DNA from: Longimicrobiales bacterium | GTDB lineage: Bacteria; Gemmatimonadota; Gemmatimonadetes; Longimicrobiales; Gaopeijiaceae | Assembly: GCA_041690395.1 (NCBI GenBank) | Contig: JAWLHJ010000001.1 | Coordinates: 544,001-608,000, forward strand | DNA length: 64,000 nt | Direction: 5' to 3' | Part shown: piece after piece, positions 26,542 to 37,258 of the stretch | Layout of the letters: the number at the start of each line of letters is the position of its first letter | Position numbering within the stretch: position 1 is the stretch's first letter | The notes under the pieces: generated by a model | Databases searched by the model: none | What the model was told of the DNA's origin: nothing | What the model saw: the letters and a program-made list of their open reading frames with translations, nothing else | Translations under genes and position numbers: made by a program

Positions 26542-29225
26542 CTCACCAGCTCGACGACCCGGGCGCCGGCCTCCTCGATCTCGCGCGCCATGTAGGGATG
26601 GCAGGTGAACAGGAACACCTGCCGCTTCTCCGCGAGGCGGGTCAGTACCTCGAGGCCCTGCGCGCGTCGTTCCGCGTCCCAGTTGACGAACACCTCGTCG
26701 ACGAAGAGGGGGAGCGGCTCCGCCCCCTGATCGAGGTGGTCGACGATGGCCAGCCGCAGGCTGAGGTAGGCCTGTTCGAGCGTTCCCGTCGAGATCGGGT
26801 GACGGAGCGGAATGGGCCCGGCGATCTCGGGCCCGCTGATGCGGAAGAGGTCGCTCTCGTCGGTCTCCTCGACCAGGATACGGTCGTAGCGGCCGGCGGT
26901 CAGGTGCGCGAGATGCCCGCTCGCCCGGCGCATCAGGTCGGGCTGGTGCTCTTCCCTGAACGAGCGGTCGGCCTCGCGGAGCAGGCGCGCGAGCACCCAT
27001 TTGCGATCCCGCTCGCGGACCATCGCCTCGGTTTCTGCTTCGAGGGTGGCGATCTCGCCGTCGACCCAGTCGGCGGTCTCACGCCCCCGCGCCAGCTCGA
27101 TCTCCTTCTCGAGCGAGCGTGTGGTTCCCTCCAGCTCTTCGATCTCGTCGGACAGCTGCCGGACGCGGGCACGGCGGGTGCCGAGGTCCTTCTCGTCCGT
27201 GAGCCAGCGGGAGCCTTCACGCTCGGCTTGCTCGATGCGCTCACGGAGCGCGGGGAGGTCGGGGTGGCTACGCTCGAGCTCGCGTTCCAGCGTCCGCGCC
27301 CGGTCGAGCGCCTCCAGGCGGTGAGCCGCGACCTGGAGGGTCTCCTCGGGCGGACCCTCACCGAACCGCTCGGCCGCCTCTTCGAGCGTGTCCAGCCGCT
27401 TCCGCGCCTCGTCGAGCGAGCGGCGCTCCGTTTCCTCCCGCCGGTCGAGTCCGGCGAGCTCGCGTTGCGCGGCTTCGGCGGCCTGCTCGGTCCGCTCCGC
27501 GGCCCGGAGGCGGTCCGAGAACACGGCGGCCAACTCTTCCGGACCGTCGTCCTCGGCGCCTCCGATGCCGATGCGGGAGGCGAGCGCCCGGCCCTCCCGC
27601 GCGGCGCTCTCGACGCGCGAGATCGCGTCTTCCAGGGTGCGCAGCCGCCCACGATGTTGCTCGGCGAGCTCGTGGAGCCGTTCGAGCGAGTCGATCACGG
27701 ACGGGTCGGGACGATCGCGGTGACGCTCCGCGAGCTCGGCACCGCGTACCACGGTCTGGAACGCGGCCACGGCCTCGCGGAGCTCACGCTCCGCGCTACG
27801 CTCGCGGGCCCGTCGCTCTTCCCCGGCGGCCTCGGCCGAGTCGCGGGCTCGCCGGGCGCTCCAGGCGATCGCTCCACCACCGGTCGCCGCGGCCGCGCCG
27901 AGCGCGGTCAGGAGCGCGGCCCCGGTCGAGCCCGCCCACGCGGTCAGGGCTAGCCCGGCGATCAGGAGCGAGACGCCTGCCAGGAAGCTCCCCGGTCCCG
28001 GAGGAGCGCCCGCCGTCTCCGCCGTCTCCGGGTGGCCGGCTCGGGAGCGTGCGCGCTCGACCCGGTCCACGGCGACGCGAACGGCCGCCGGCGTCAGCTC
28101 CAGGAGACGGTCCCGGGGCGCCTCGCTCCAGGGCCGATCGATCAACTCGCGGGACACCCGGTCGAGCCGGGCGTCGAGCGTGGCGAGCTCCTCGCGGAGG
28201 TCGGAGGCTCGAGCCCGATGCGCGGCGGTCCGGGAGACGGACGACACGTACCGGGTGATCTCGTCACGGTGGTCGAGGAACGACCGGACGGCCGGTGAGA
28301 GCTCGGCCACGCTTCGCTCGGGGAGCGCCCGCTCGTGCCGGAGCCTCCGGAGCGCGTCCTCGTGGGCCTCGACCCGGTCCCTGAGCTCCACGAGCCGCTC
28401 GTGCGGCGCGGCGGGCAGGTCGGCCAGGAGCTCCTCGGGCCCGGCCTCCCGGCGCAGGCCGGCGATCCGCTCCAACTGCGCGCGGACCGGGAGCAGGAGC
28501 TGTGCGCGCTCCAGAATGACCTGGTCCGCCGCCCGCCGCTCCCGCCGCGCCTTCAGCGTCTGGCGGGCGCGGTCGAGCTCGTCGACCCGGGAGCGCAGCT
28601 CGCGGTCCCGGGAGACGGCGTCCCGGCGCCGGGCGCGGAGGTCCCTCATCCGGTCGCGGGCGTCGCGGACCTTCTGGTTGCCCCGACGGTTCGGGCGCCA
28701 GAGCTCGCCGGCCTCACGCTCGAGCTCACCCGCCACGCCGCGCACGGCCTTGAGGTCGGACGCCCCCATGGAGCCGACGACCCGGTCCTGTATACGTCCC
28801 CATGTCTCCTCGTCCAAGCTCGCGAGCTCACCGAGCGTGACGGCGAACACCTGCCGGAAGACGGTGCGCGGTACGTGCTCCACCCACGGCAGGGGGTGGT
28901 TGCGGAGGTCGGTGGTGCCGCCGTCCACCTCGAGCTGGGCCGCCGGCTGTGAGCGGAGCCTGCGGGTCACGGTCGCTGCTCGACCGTCGTGGAGGCGCAG
29001 CGCGAGCGATCCCCGCGCCTCGTCGGTCCCCCAGGGAACGAACGGGTTGAGCTCGCGGGAGGCCGGAGAGAAGCCGTAGAGCATGGTGGTGAGGAACTCG
29101 AACACCGTCGACTTCCCGGCCTCGTTGGGGCCGAGCACGACAACCAGCGACGGAAGGGGGCCGTCCTTTCCGTCGAACGCCGCGAGCTTGCCGAACGCGT
29201 CGATGTCGAGTCGCTCGATCCTCAC
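26538..29225 (-). CDS. YhaN-like (Rad50/SbcC-type) coiled-coil ATPase
   Basis: MRIERLDIDAFGK, Walker A GPNEAGKST, long coiled coil with a central hydrophobic hairpin, signature ISTGTLEQAYLSLRLA, Walker B LFVDEVFVNWD. Confidence 0.9.
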   Translation of the reverse strand: MRIERLDIDAFGKLAAFDGKDGPLPSLVVVLGPNEAGKSTVFEFLTTMLYGFSPASRELNPFVPWGTDEARGSLALRLHDGRAATVTRRLRSQPAAQLEVDGGTTDLRNHPLPWVEHVPRTVFRQVFAVTLGELASLDEETWGRIQDRVVGSMGASDLKAVRGVAGELEREAGELWRPNRRGNQKVRDARDRMRDLRARRRDAVSRDRELRSRVDELDRARQTLKARRERRAADQVILERAQLLLPVRAQLERIAGLRREAGPEELLADLPAAPHERLVELRDRVEAHEDALRRLRHERALPERSVAELSPAVRSFLDHRDEITRYVSSVSRTAAHRARASDLREELATLDARLDRVSRELIDRPWSEAPRDRLLELTPAAVRVAVDRVERARSRAGHPETAETAGAPPGPGSFLAGVSLLIAGLALTAWAGSTGAALLTALGAAAATGGGAIAWSARRARDSAEAAGEERRARERSAERELREAVAAFQTVVRGAELAERHRDRPDPSVIDSLERLHELAEQHRGRLRTLEDAISRVESAAREGRALASRIGIGGAEDDGPEELAAVFSDRLRAAERTEQAAEAAQRELAGLDRREETERRSLDEARKRLDTLEEAAERFGEGPPEETLQVAAHRLEALDRARTLERELERSHPDLPALRERIEQAEREGSRWLTDEKDLGTRRARVRQLSDEIEELEGTTRSLEKEIELARGRETADWVDGEIATLEAETEAMVRERDRKWVLARLLREADRSFREEHQPDLMRRASGHLAHLTAGRYDRILVEETDESDLFRISGPEIAGPIPLRHPISTGTLEQAYLSLRLAIVDHLDQGAEPLPLFVDEVFVNWDAERRAQGLEVLTRLAEKRQVFLFTCHPYMAREIEEAGARVVELVR

Positions 29226-30478
29226 GTCCCGCCACCCGCGTCCTCGAGGAGCCGCGCCGCGATCTCCCCGTCGACCCCGTCCAGCAGCGACCGCACATAG
29301 GCGTCGACCGCCTCCCGGGAGGCGCCAGGGGCTCCCGCCAGGTCGTCGGCGAGCACGTCCGCCAGGGTCGCCGAGCCCTCCCGAACCCGCTGTGCCAGCC
29401 GCAGCGCCTCACCCAGCACGTCCCTGCGGCCCCGGTGCTCCTCGAGCGCGATGACCGGGTGAACCCCCGCGGCGCTCACGGTCACGTCGAGGACGCCGAG
29501 GAGGTCCCGGAGCTCGGTGGTCAGGGTCGCCACGTCTTCGTCACGCTGGAGCTCGGACCAGAGCGGACACGGTCCCGCGAGCTCCACGCGGATCATCCAC
29601 TCGGTGCCGGGCGCACCCGGGTCGGAGGCGCGCGTGTCCCGCCACACCGCGGCTACGTGGCCGACCATCGCGTCGAGGGAGCGCACGGCGTCCAGGTCGC
29701 CCACCCGCACCGTCTCCCAGCGCACCGATGCCAGCGGGCGGAACGAGACGTCGGGGGCGTGCCGGTCGCCCAGATCGACCAGGAGCGCACCGTGGTCCCC
29801 CTGCTCGCGGTGCGTCCGGCCCTGCAGGCTCCCGGAGTACCAGACCGGCGGATCGGCGGACAACTCCTGTGGAATGTGGATGTGTCCGAGCGCCCAGTAG
29901 TCGTACCCGGCTCGCCGTAGGAAGGCCAGATCGGACGGAGCGTACGCCCCGTGCTGATCGGCTCCCGCGGACGCGTGCACCTGGGTGTGGAGGAGGCCCA
30001 CCTCGGGCCGCTCGCCCTCGGGGCGGGGCAGGAGACGGGACAGGTCACGCTCCTCGCGCGCGGTCTCGTGCCCGATGGTGTTCACGTAGCCGGCCGTGCC
30101 GCCTCCCCGCCCCGTGATGGCCACCCGCTTCGGCGTCGCGTCCGTCGCCGTCACGACGTTGGGGGGCCAGGGGAGTGCACGGGGTCCGCCGGCGACGGAG
30201 CCCGGGTCGTGGTTGCCTGTGGCGTACACGACGGTGATGCCGTGGTCGCCGAGCCGACCCACCTGCTCGAGGAGGAACCGCTCGGTCTCGAACGAGAGCC
30301 GGTCGCCGTCGAAGAGGTCGCCGGCGATCAGCACGGCATCGACCTCTTCCTGCAGCGCCACGTCGACCGCGCGCCGGAACGCCTCGCGCGAAGCTTCACG
30401 GAGCCGGCGCCGGACGGCCTCGGACCGGCCCGCGAAGGAGGTGTCGAGATGGACGTCTGCGACGTGTAGGAAGCGCAT
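29222..30478 (-). CDS. YhaO-like (Mre11/SbcD-type) metallophosphoesterase nuclease
   Basis: FLHVADVHLD, AGDLFD, GNHD, DYWALGHIH, YSGSLQGR. TACCTT 5 nt before the ATG (leaderless). Confidence 0.92.
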   Translation of the reverse strand: MRFLHVADVHLDTSFAGRSEAVRRRLREASREAFRRAVDVALQEEVDAVLIAGDLFDGDRLSFETERFLLEQVGRLGDHGITVVYATGNHDPGSVAGGPRALPWPPNVVTATDATPKRVAITGRGGGTAGYVNTIGHETAREERDLSRLLPRPEGERPEVGLLHTQVHASAGADQHGAYAPSDLAFLRRAGYDYWALGHIHIPQELSADPPVWYSGSLQGRTHREQGDHGALLVDLGDRHAPDVSFRPLASVRWETVRVGDLDAVRSLDAMVGHVAAVWRDTRASDPGAPGTEWMIRVELAGPCPLWSELQRDEDVATLTTELRDLLGVLDVTVSAAGVHPVIALEEHRGRRDVLGEALRLAQRVREGSATLADVLADDLAGAPGASREAVDAYVRSLLDGVDGEIAARLLEDAGGGT

Positions 30479-30625
30479 GCAGCAAGGTAGAGGAATCGCC
30501 GGGGGTGGGGAATTCGATGACGGGACAGGGGGAATCCCGCGGGTTTCCCGGCGCACCGATCTCAGATAACGTTGTTCCATCTTCCATTCCTCGCTCCGAC
30601 GCTCCTCCGAGCCGCCTTCTCATTC

Positions 30626-33600
30626 ATGAGCGATTCCACGGATACGGCCCGCCGCCGACTCCGCGACTCCGCCGAGACCGTCGAAGCGGTCTGCGACCGG
30701 GTCCGCACCTCCGTTCCCGAGTCCGAAGCCTCGACGGCTCTCGGCTTCGTACGTGCCTTCCTCAAGCGGGCGCCGGACGACCTCCTGAGGGGGCGCTCCC
30801 TCGCCGATCTGGCCGGCATGACCCTGGGCGCGTACCGCTTCCTGAGGTCGTCGAAGCCGTCTCGGGTCGACGTGAGCGTCGGCAATCCGACGGTGGCCGA
30901 CGAGGGCTGGGACGCGGCCAACACCGTCGTGCGGACGAACGTGAGCGAGCGGCCGTTCATCATCGACACGATCCGGGAGTTCCTGCATGCGCAGGAGCTG
31001 CCGGTATCGTGGATGGTCTACCCGATCCTCGACGTGACCCGAGACCGCGAAGGGAACGTCACGGCCGTGGCGCCACCGAGCGACACCGGGACGAAGGAAT
31101 CCCTCGTCCACTGCGAGATCGAGCGGGTCTCCGATCCGGAGCGCCTGGAGGAGCTACGCTCGGAGTTGGCTCGCCGGCTCCAGGACGTGGTGCGGGCCAC
31201 CGACGACTTCCAGCCGATGATCGACGCGGTCGACCGGGTCATCGAGGAGGTCGACCAACACGCGTCGTCGTCGAAAGAGCTGGAAAGCGAGCTGGCCGAG
31301 ATCCGGGACTTCCTCGAATGGCTTCGTGACGAAGGGTTCGTGTTCCTTGGATACCGTGCGTACGATTTCCTTCCGGTAGAGGACGACGCGGACGATCGGA
31401 TGGTCATCGTGGAGCCCGGGTCCGGGCTCGGCGTGCTCCGCAATGAAGCCGAGTCGCGTTTCGCGGCGGGAGTGCCGTTGTCTCGCCTCGATGACGGGAT
31501 GCGGCGACTGGCCCTCGGGGGACCGGTCCTCATCATCTCCAAGACGAACGCCGAGTCGACGGTCCACCGCCGTGCGCGCATGGACTACATCGGCGTCAAG
31601 AAGCTGGACGACGAAGGCCGCTCGGTCGGAGAGCACCGCTTCGTGGGACTGTTCACGTCCCGCGCGTATTCGGAGGCCGCGGAGAAGATACCGATCCTCC
31701 GGCAGAAGCTCGCCGAGATCCTACGAGATGCCGGAGTGCGGCAGGGGTCGCACGACTACAAGGAGATCATCACGATCTTCAACTCGATGCCGAAGGAGGA
31801 GCTCTTCCTCACCTCGGCCGAGGAGATCGGCGAGGACGTGCGCACCGTCCTCACGGCGTACAACACGGACGACGTGCGCGTGGCGCTCCGCGAGGACCCG
31901 CTGCAACGGGGTCTCTCCGTCATGGTGATCCTGCCCAAGGACCGCTTCTCGGGCGAGGTCCGCAAGGAGATCGAGCGGGAGCTGGTGCGGGTCTTCGACG
32001 GCGACGTGCTGAACTACCACCTCGCGCTCGGCTCGGGGGATCAGGCGAGGCTCCACTTCCACATGGGCGCTTCCGTGGAGCGCATGGAGGAGGTCGACAC
32101 CGCCGAGCTCGAACAGACGGTCGGGCGGCTGATCCGCACCTGGGAGGACCGCATCCAGGAGGGGCTCGAGCTGGTGACGAGCCCGGACGAGGCGAGGACT
32201 CTGGCGCGGGCCTACGCGAGCACCCTCAGCCGTGAGTACCAGGCGGCCACCGACCCCCACGTCGCCGTGGCCGACATCCAGACGCTCGAGTCCATGAAGA
32301 CGGACGGACGGTCCACCTCCATCGCGTTCGCCAATCGGGGCGAGGGCGTGCGGATCGCCGGCGTCGAGGACGTCACGGAGTTGAAGGTCTTCCTCCGCGG
32401 TGAGCGGCTCGTCCTCTCGGACTTCATGCCGGTTCTCGAGGATTGCGGACTCAAGGTCCTGGCCGTGAAGCCGTTCGTGGTGGGCGGCGACGGGGAGCCC
32501 GACGCGACCATCTACGTCTTCGCGGTGCTCGACTCCGAGGGCCAGCTCCTCGACGTCGAGCGTCGCGCCGACCTGCTGTCCGAGACGATCCTGGCGGTGC
32601 GGGCCGGTGACGCGCTGAGTGATCGCCTGAATGCGCTCGTGGTCACGGCCGGGCTGCGTTGGCGGGAAGTCGACGTCCTGCGTGCCTACGCGGGCTTCGC
32701 CTTCCAGATGCGGGCGGTGCCGAGTCGTCTGGCGCTCCCGTCGGCCCTGGTGGCGCATCCGGGCATCGCGGGCGAGCTGTTCGAGCTCTTCCAGACACGA
32801 TTCGACCCCAAGCGGGGGATGTCCCCGGCGGAACGGGAGTCGGTCGCCGACGACATCCGCGGCGCGTTCAACGCGTCTCTGCGCGGCGTCAGCCTCCTGT
32901 CGGACGACCGGGCGCTCCGGCGCCTGGAACAGCTGATCGGCGCGACGGCCCGGACCAACTACTACCGGACGGGTGGTGCCGACCCGACCGCCCGCTCGGG
33001 TGGCGTCCCGTACATCTCGTTCAAGTTCCAGTGCGCGGACCTCGACTTCGGTCGCTCCTCGCGGCTCCTCTACGAGGTGTGGGTGCACTCCGCGCGCATG
33101 GAGGGGATCCACCTTCGTGGGGCCAGGGTGGCCCGCGGCGGTATCCGTTGGAGTGACCGGCCGGACGACTTCCGGACCGAGGTGCTCGGCCTCGTGCGCA
33201 CGCAGGTCGTGAAGAACGCGGTGATCGTGCCGGGCGGATCGAAGGGTGGCTTCATCACGCGCGTCGTTCCGTCCGAGCCCGACGAGCGATGGGAGGAGGG
33301 GCGTAGCCAGTACCAGACGCTCATCCGGGGGTTGCTCGACGTGACCGACAACCTGGTCGAGGGGCGAACGGTCACGCCGGAGGGCGTGGTTCCGTTCGAC
33401 CAGCCGGACCCGTACCTGGTGGTCGCGGCCGACAAGGGCACGGCCACCTTCTCCGACCTCGCCAACGACGTGTCGGAGGAGTATGGCTTCTGGCTCGGCG
33501 ACGCGTTCGCCTCCGGCGGCTCGCACGGCTACGACCACAAGGCGGTCGGCATCACCGCGCGCGGTGGTTGGGAGTGCGTGAAGCGTCACTTCCGGGAGAA

Positions 33601-35542
33601 GGGGAAGGACATCCAGGTCCAGCCGTTCACGGTCGCGGGTATCGGGGACATGAGCGGCGACGTGTTCGGCAACGGCATGCTCCTCTCCGAGCAGATCAAG
33701 CTCGTGGCCGCATTCGATCACCGTCACGTCTTCATCGATCCAGATCCGGATCCTGCGACGTCCTTCGCCGAGCGGAAGCGGATCTTCGGGTTGGGGCGAA
33801 GCAGCTGGGCCGACTACGACATCTCGCTCCTGAGCGAGGGCGGCATGGTCGTTCCGCGTGGGGCCAAGGAGGTCGAGCTGACGCCGGAGGCCCGCGAGGC
33901 GCTCGGTGTTCCGGACGACGAGCCGGAGACCATGGACGGCGAGTCGCTCATTCGCTGGGTGCTCAAGGCGCCGGTCGAGCTTCTCTGGAACGGTGGAATC
34001 GGCACGTACGTGAAGGCGGACGGCGAGACGCATGCCGACGCGGGAGACCCGGCGAACGACGCGGTCCGCATCGACGCCTCGGAGCTCCGCTGCGCCGTGA
34101 TCGGCGAGGGCGGGAATCTCGGCCTGACGCAGAAGGCCCGGATCGCCTACGCGCTGAAAGGCGGCCGCATGAACACCGACGCCCTCGACAACTCGGCGGG
34201 CGTCGACATGTCGGACCACGAGGTGAACCTCAAGATCCTCCTCGCGCCGGCGGTGGTGGGCGGCTCGATGACGGAGGACGGCCGCAACGAGCTGCTGGAG
34301 GAGCTCACCGAGGCGGTGGCGGAGCTCGTGCTGGATGACAACCGGTCGCAGAGCCTCGCGGTGTCGCTCGACGAGCAGCGGGCGCGCGAGGGCTTCGACG
34401 ATTTCAGGGATCTCATGTTCGCCCTCGAGAAGACGGGGGAGCTCGACCGTGTCTCGGAAGGGCTGCCGTCGCTCGACGTGCTCGGAGAGCGGAAGGAGCG
34501 CGGCCAGACGCTGGTGCGGCCAGAGCTGTGCGTGCTCCTGGCGCATGCCAAGCTGGCGCTCAAGACGCGCCTGCTGGCCGGTGGGCTTCCGGACGACCCC
34601 GTCACCGAGAGCTATCTCCTGGGGTACTTCCCCCCTGCCGCGATCAACGCATCCGGAAGGGAGCACCTCGAGGGTCACCGGCTGCGCCGCGAGATCATCG
34701 CCAGCCAGCTCACCAACGATCTCGTGGACGTCATGGGCGCGACGTTCATCACCCGCGTCGCCCGCGACACCGGATCGAAGGTGGAGGACGTGGCGAGGGC
34801 GTGGCTCGTGGCCGCCCGCTTGTCCGACCACCGGGCGCTCCTGTCACAGATCGCGGAGCAGCACGACCGCCTGAATCTCCGCGTCGCCTACCGCTGGGTC
34901 CTCGGCCTGGCGCGCGTGTTGGAGCGGACCACCCGCTGGGTCCTCCAGAACGTCGACCACGATATCTCCCCGGCCACTGTCGTCGACCGGAGCGTCCCCG
35001 GTCTGGCCGTGTTACGCGACAACTTCGCGTCTTTCGTCCAGGGCGAGGATCGCACGCTGTTCGAAGCCCGTGTCGAGGAGATCCGAAAGGTCGGTGCGGA
35101 CGAGGTCTTCTCGCGGCGGCTGATCACGCTCCGCTTCCTCGACCAGCTGCTGGAGGTGCTCGAGATCGCGCGGGAGACCGAGTCCGATCCCGTGGCCGCG
35201 GCCCAGGCGTTCTACCGGACCTCCGACCTGTTCGACGTCCCCTGGCTCCGCCGCACCGCGTTCGCTACGTCCGGAGGGGATCACTGGGAGCAGCGCGCGG
35301 CCCAGGCGCTCTCGGAGGACCTGGCGCGCGCGCACCGCAGGATCGTCGTCAGCATCATCCAGCGGGCCGAGGATGGACAGACGATCGCTCACGCGACGGA
35401 CAGGCTGCTGCGCATCCGGGCCCGTGAGATCGAGCGGTTCCGTGGCCTCGTGACCGATCTGAAAGCGGAGACATCCGTCGGATTCGCGGCCATCTCCGTC
35501 GTCGTTCGAGAGCTCGCGACACTGGCGGAACGGGGGGCATGA
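30626..35542 (+). CDS. gdhB: Large NAD-specific glutamate dehydrogenase (~1640 aa)
   Basis: GIHLRG..VARGGIRWSDR, QVVKNAVIVPGGSKGGF, PYLVVAADKGTATFSD, FWLGDAFASGGS, GIGDMSGDVFGNGML, DNSAGVDMSDHEVNLKI. Confidence 0.95.
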   Translation: MSDSTDTARRRLRDSAETVEAVCDRVRTSVPESEASTALGFVRAFLKRAPDDLLRGRSLADLAGMTLGAYRFLRSSKPSRVDVSVGNPTVADEGWDAANTVVRTNVSERPFIIDTIREFLHAQELPVSWMVYPILDVTRDREGNVTAVAPPSDTGTKESLVHCEIERVSDPERLEELRSELARRLQDVVRATDDFQPMIDAVDRVIEEVDQHASSSKELESELAEIRDFLEWLRDEGFVFLGYRAYDFLPVEDDADDRMVIVEPGSGLGVLRNEAESRFAAGVPLSRLDDGMRRLALGGPVLIISKTNAESTVHRRARMDYIGVKKLDDEGRSVGEHRFVGLFTSRAYSEAAEKIPILRQKLAEILRDAGVRQGSHDYKEIITIFNSMPKEELFLTSAEEIGEDVRTVLTAYNTDDVRVALREDPLQRGLSVMVILPKDRFSGEVRKEIERELVRVFDGDVLNYHLALGSGDQARLHFHMGASVERMEEVDTAELEQTVGRLIRTWEDRIQEGLELVTSPDEARTLARAYASTLSREYQAATDPHVAVADIQTLESMKTDGRSTSIAFANRGEGVRIAGVEDVTELKVFLRGERLVLSDFMPVLEDCGLKVLAVKPFVVGGDGEPDATIYVFAVLDSEGQLLDVERRADLLSETILAVRAGDALSDRLNALVVTAGLRWREVDVLRAYAGFAFQMRAVPSRLALPSALVAHPGIAGELFELFQTRFDPKRGMSPAERESVADDIRGAFNASLRGVSLLSDDRALRRLEQLIGATARTNYYRTGGADPTARSGGVPYISFKFQCADLDFGRSSRLLYEVWVHSARMEGIHLRGARVARGGIRWSDRPDDFRTEVLGLVRTQVVKNAVIVPGGSKGGFITRVVPSEPDERWEEGRSQYQTLIRGLLDVTDNLVEGRTVTPEGVVPFDQPDPYLVVAADKGTATFSDLANDVSEEYGFWLGDAFASGGSHGYDHKAVGITARGGWECVKRHFREKGKDIQVQPFTVAGIGDMSGDVFGNGMLLSEQIKLVAAFDHRHVFIDPDPDPATSFAERKRIFGLGRSSWADYDISLLSEGGMVVPRGAKEVELTPEAREALGVPDDEPETMDGESLIRWVLKAPVELLWNGGIGTYVKADGETHADAGDPANDAVRIDASELRCAVIGEGGNLGLTQKARIAYALKGGRMNTDALDNSAGVDMSDHEVNLKILLAPAVVGGSMTEDGRNELLEELTEAVAELVLDDNRSQSLAVSLDEQRAREGFDDFRDLMFALEKTGELDRVSEGLPSLDVLGERKERGQTLVRPELCVLLAHAKLALKTRLLAGGLPDDPVTESYLLGYFPPAAINASGREHLEGHRLRREIIASQLTNDLVDVMGATFITRVARDTGSKVEDVARAWLVAARLSDHRALLSQIAEQHDRLNLRVAYRWVLGLARVLERTTRWVLQNVDHDISPATVVDRSVPGLAVLRDNFASFVQGEDRTLFEARVEEIRKVGADEVFSRRLITLRFLDQLLEVLEIARETESDPVAAAQAFYRTSDLFDVPWLRRTAFATSGGDHWEQRAAQALSEDLARAHRRIVVSIIQRAEDGQTIAHATDRLLRIRAREIERFRGLVTDLKAETSVGFAAISVVVRELATLAERGA

Positions 35543-36018
35543 CCCCGGGGCGCCTCCGTCGGAGGGGGTTCACGCTCATCGAGCTGATCGCGGTGCTGAC
35601 GTTGAGCGCCGCCCTGATGGGCATCGCCGGCCTCACGATGGGCCGGTATCTCGGACGGAGTGCCGCCCGCCACGCGGCGCAGGTGTTCGCCCAGGATCTG
35701 ACCCAGGCCCGCATGTTCGCCGTCCGGTCGCAGCAGCGGGTCGTCGTCCGCTTCTACGAGGGCAGCATGCGGTACGAGATCGTCTCCGGAGACGGAAGCA
35801 CCGAGGTCGCCCAGCGCCGCTACACCGGCTCCGACGGCCCGGACCTCTCGGCGATCGAGCTCGACCTGGACGGCGACTCGCTCGTCTTCGACCGGCGCGG
35901 CTTCGCCGACCTGTCCGGCGCACCGGGGACGCTGGGCACCGCTCGCTTCGTCGCGGGGACGGCGGCCTATACCGTCTCGTTCAACGGCTTGGGCGGGTCG
36001 CGTCTGGAGGCGTCGTGA
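35539..36018 (+). CDS. Type IV minor pilin / pseudopilin, FimT/GspH-like
   Basis: Class III signal RRG|FTLIEL, hydrophobic helix, ARMFAV, LVFDRRG. Confidence 0.85.
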   Translation: MTPGRLRRRGFTLIELIAVLTLSAALMGIAGLTMGRYLGRSAARHAAQVFAQDLTQARMFAVRSQQRVVVRFYEGSMRYEIVSGDGSTEVAQRRYTGSDGPDLSAIELDLDGDSLVFDRRGFADLSGAPGTLGTARFVAGTAAYTVSFNGLGGSRLEAS

Positions 36019-36404
36019 GCGAGTCGTCGACGCCGGCCACCGGGTGGAGGAGCGGGTTCACCCTCATCGAGGTGGTCGCCGCCCTCGTCATCTTCTCGAT
36101 CGGCGTGCTGATGGTGATCCGCCTGAGCACCGCGTCGAGCACGCAGATGCGGTACGCCGGGGTCTCGTCGGCCCTCGCGCTGCGGGCGGCCGAGAGGCTC
36201 GATTCGCTGGAGGCCGAGCCCTTCGCCTCGCTCTCGACCGGAACCGAGTCCGACACCTTCGTCGTCTCCGGGCTCGATTACGAACGGGTGGTGACGCTCA
36301 CGCGCCTGACCCCGCTACTGGCGCGGGTGGACGTGACGCTGACGCCGGTCGACGGCCAGGGCCCGATGCTCGCGACCACCTCCTATGTCTCGGAGATCTG
36401 GTGA
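36015..36404 (+). CDS. Type IV minor pilin, PilV-like
   Basis: RSG|FTLIEVVAALVIFSIG; 4-nt overlaps on both sides. Confidence 0.85.
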   Translation: MSESSTPATGWRSGFTLIEVVAALVIFSIGVLMVIRLSTASSTQMRYAGVSSALALRAAERLDSLEAEPFASLSTGTESDTFVVSGLDYERVVTLTRLTPLLARVDVTLTPVDGQGPMLATTSYVSEIW

Positions 36405-37258
36405 GCGCGGCGCGCGGGGGCTTCACCCTGGTCGAGACGCTGATCGCGCTCGTGCTGTCGTCGCTGGTGATCATCCTGGTCAGCTCGACGTTCCTGGTGC
36501 AGAACCGGTATCAGGCGAACCAGGTGCTGCGGGCGGGTGTCCACGACAACGCGCGAGCCGCGACGGACCTCCTCGCGCGCGAGCTCCGCTCGTCGATGAG
36601 GGCCGGGATCCTCGTTGCCGGACCACGCACCCTGACGGTCCGGTCCCCGGTGGCCGTCGCCACGGTCTGTGGGCAGTCCGGCGCCTTCTTCACGAACATC
36701 GACGTCCACATTGACGGGGGCGTCTCGCGGATGGCGACGGAGGAGATCGCGGGGGTGGCGGTGTTGGACGAGTCGACGGGCGCCTGGGACTACGAGCGGG
36801 CGACGTGGAGCTTCGTCGACGGGGGAAGCACCGGCAGCGCGGCCCGGTGTGCGGGCAACGGGGCCGACACCTTGAACGCCTACGGATCGTTCCATTCGAT
36901 CCGGCGGCTGATCTTTCTCTACGGGCTCGACATCCCCGACGTCGGCGAGCTCGTCATGCTCTTCCGTGAGACCACGTTTCGGATCGACGACTCGGATCTC
37001 GAGCCCGGGGTGCTGGCGCTCTTCCGCGAGCCGTACGGGCGGGACCCGGTCGAGTTCGCGTCCGGCATCGACACCACGGCGCTTTTCCGGTACCGGTTGG
37101 GCGGGACCACGTACCAGGACACCGTCGACGCCGGATCGGTCGGCGCCATCGACGCGGTACGCCTGGTGCTCGACGCCCGCATGCGCTCCCAGAATCTGCC
37201 CGGGGCCGAGGTCACCTTCGGACTGTCGACGAACCTGCCGCTCGTGAACGCGCCGTGA
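36401..37258 (+). CDS. Type IV minor pilin, PilW-like
   Basis: GTG start, RGG|FTLVETLIAL, LARELR motif. Confidence 0.82.
   Translation: MSAARGGFTLVETLIALVLSSLVIILVSSTFLVQNRYQANQVLRAGVHDNARAATDLLARELRSSMRAGILVAGPRTLTVRSPVAVATVCGQSGAFFTNIDVHIDGGVSRMATEEIAGVAVLDESTGAWDYERATWSFVDGGSTGSAARCAGNGADTLNAYGSFHSIRRLIFLYGLDIPDVGELVMLFRETTFRIDDSDLEPGVLALFREPYGRDPVEFASGIDTTALFRYRLGGTTYQDTVDAGSVGAIDAVRLVLDARMRSQNLPGAEVTFGLSTNLPLVNAP

Noticed and set aside
26538..30478. Nuclease plus SMC-like ATPase as a novel anti-phage system
   Set aside because: It matches the widespread YhaO/YhaN (SbcD/SbcC-like) repair pair and has no defence-island context.
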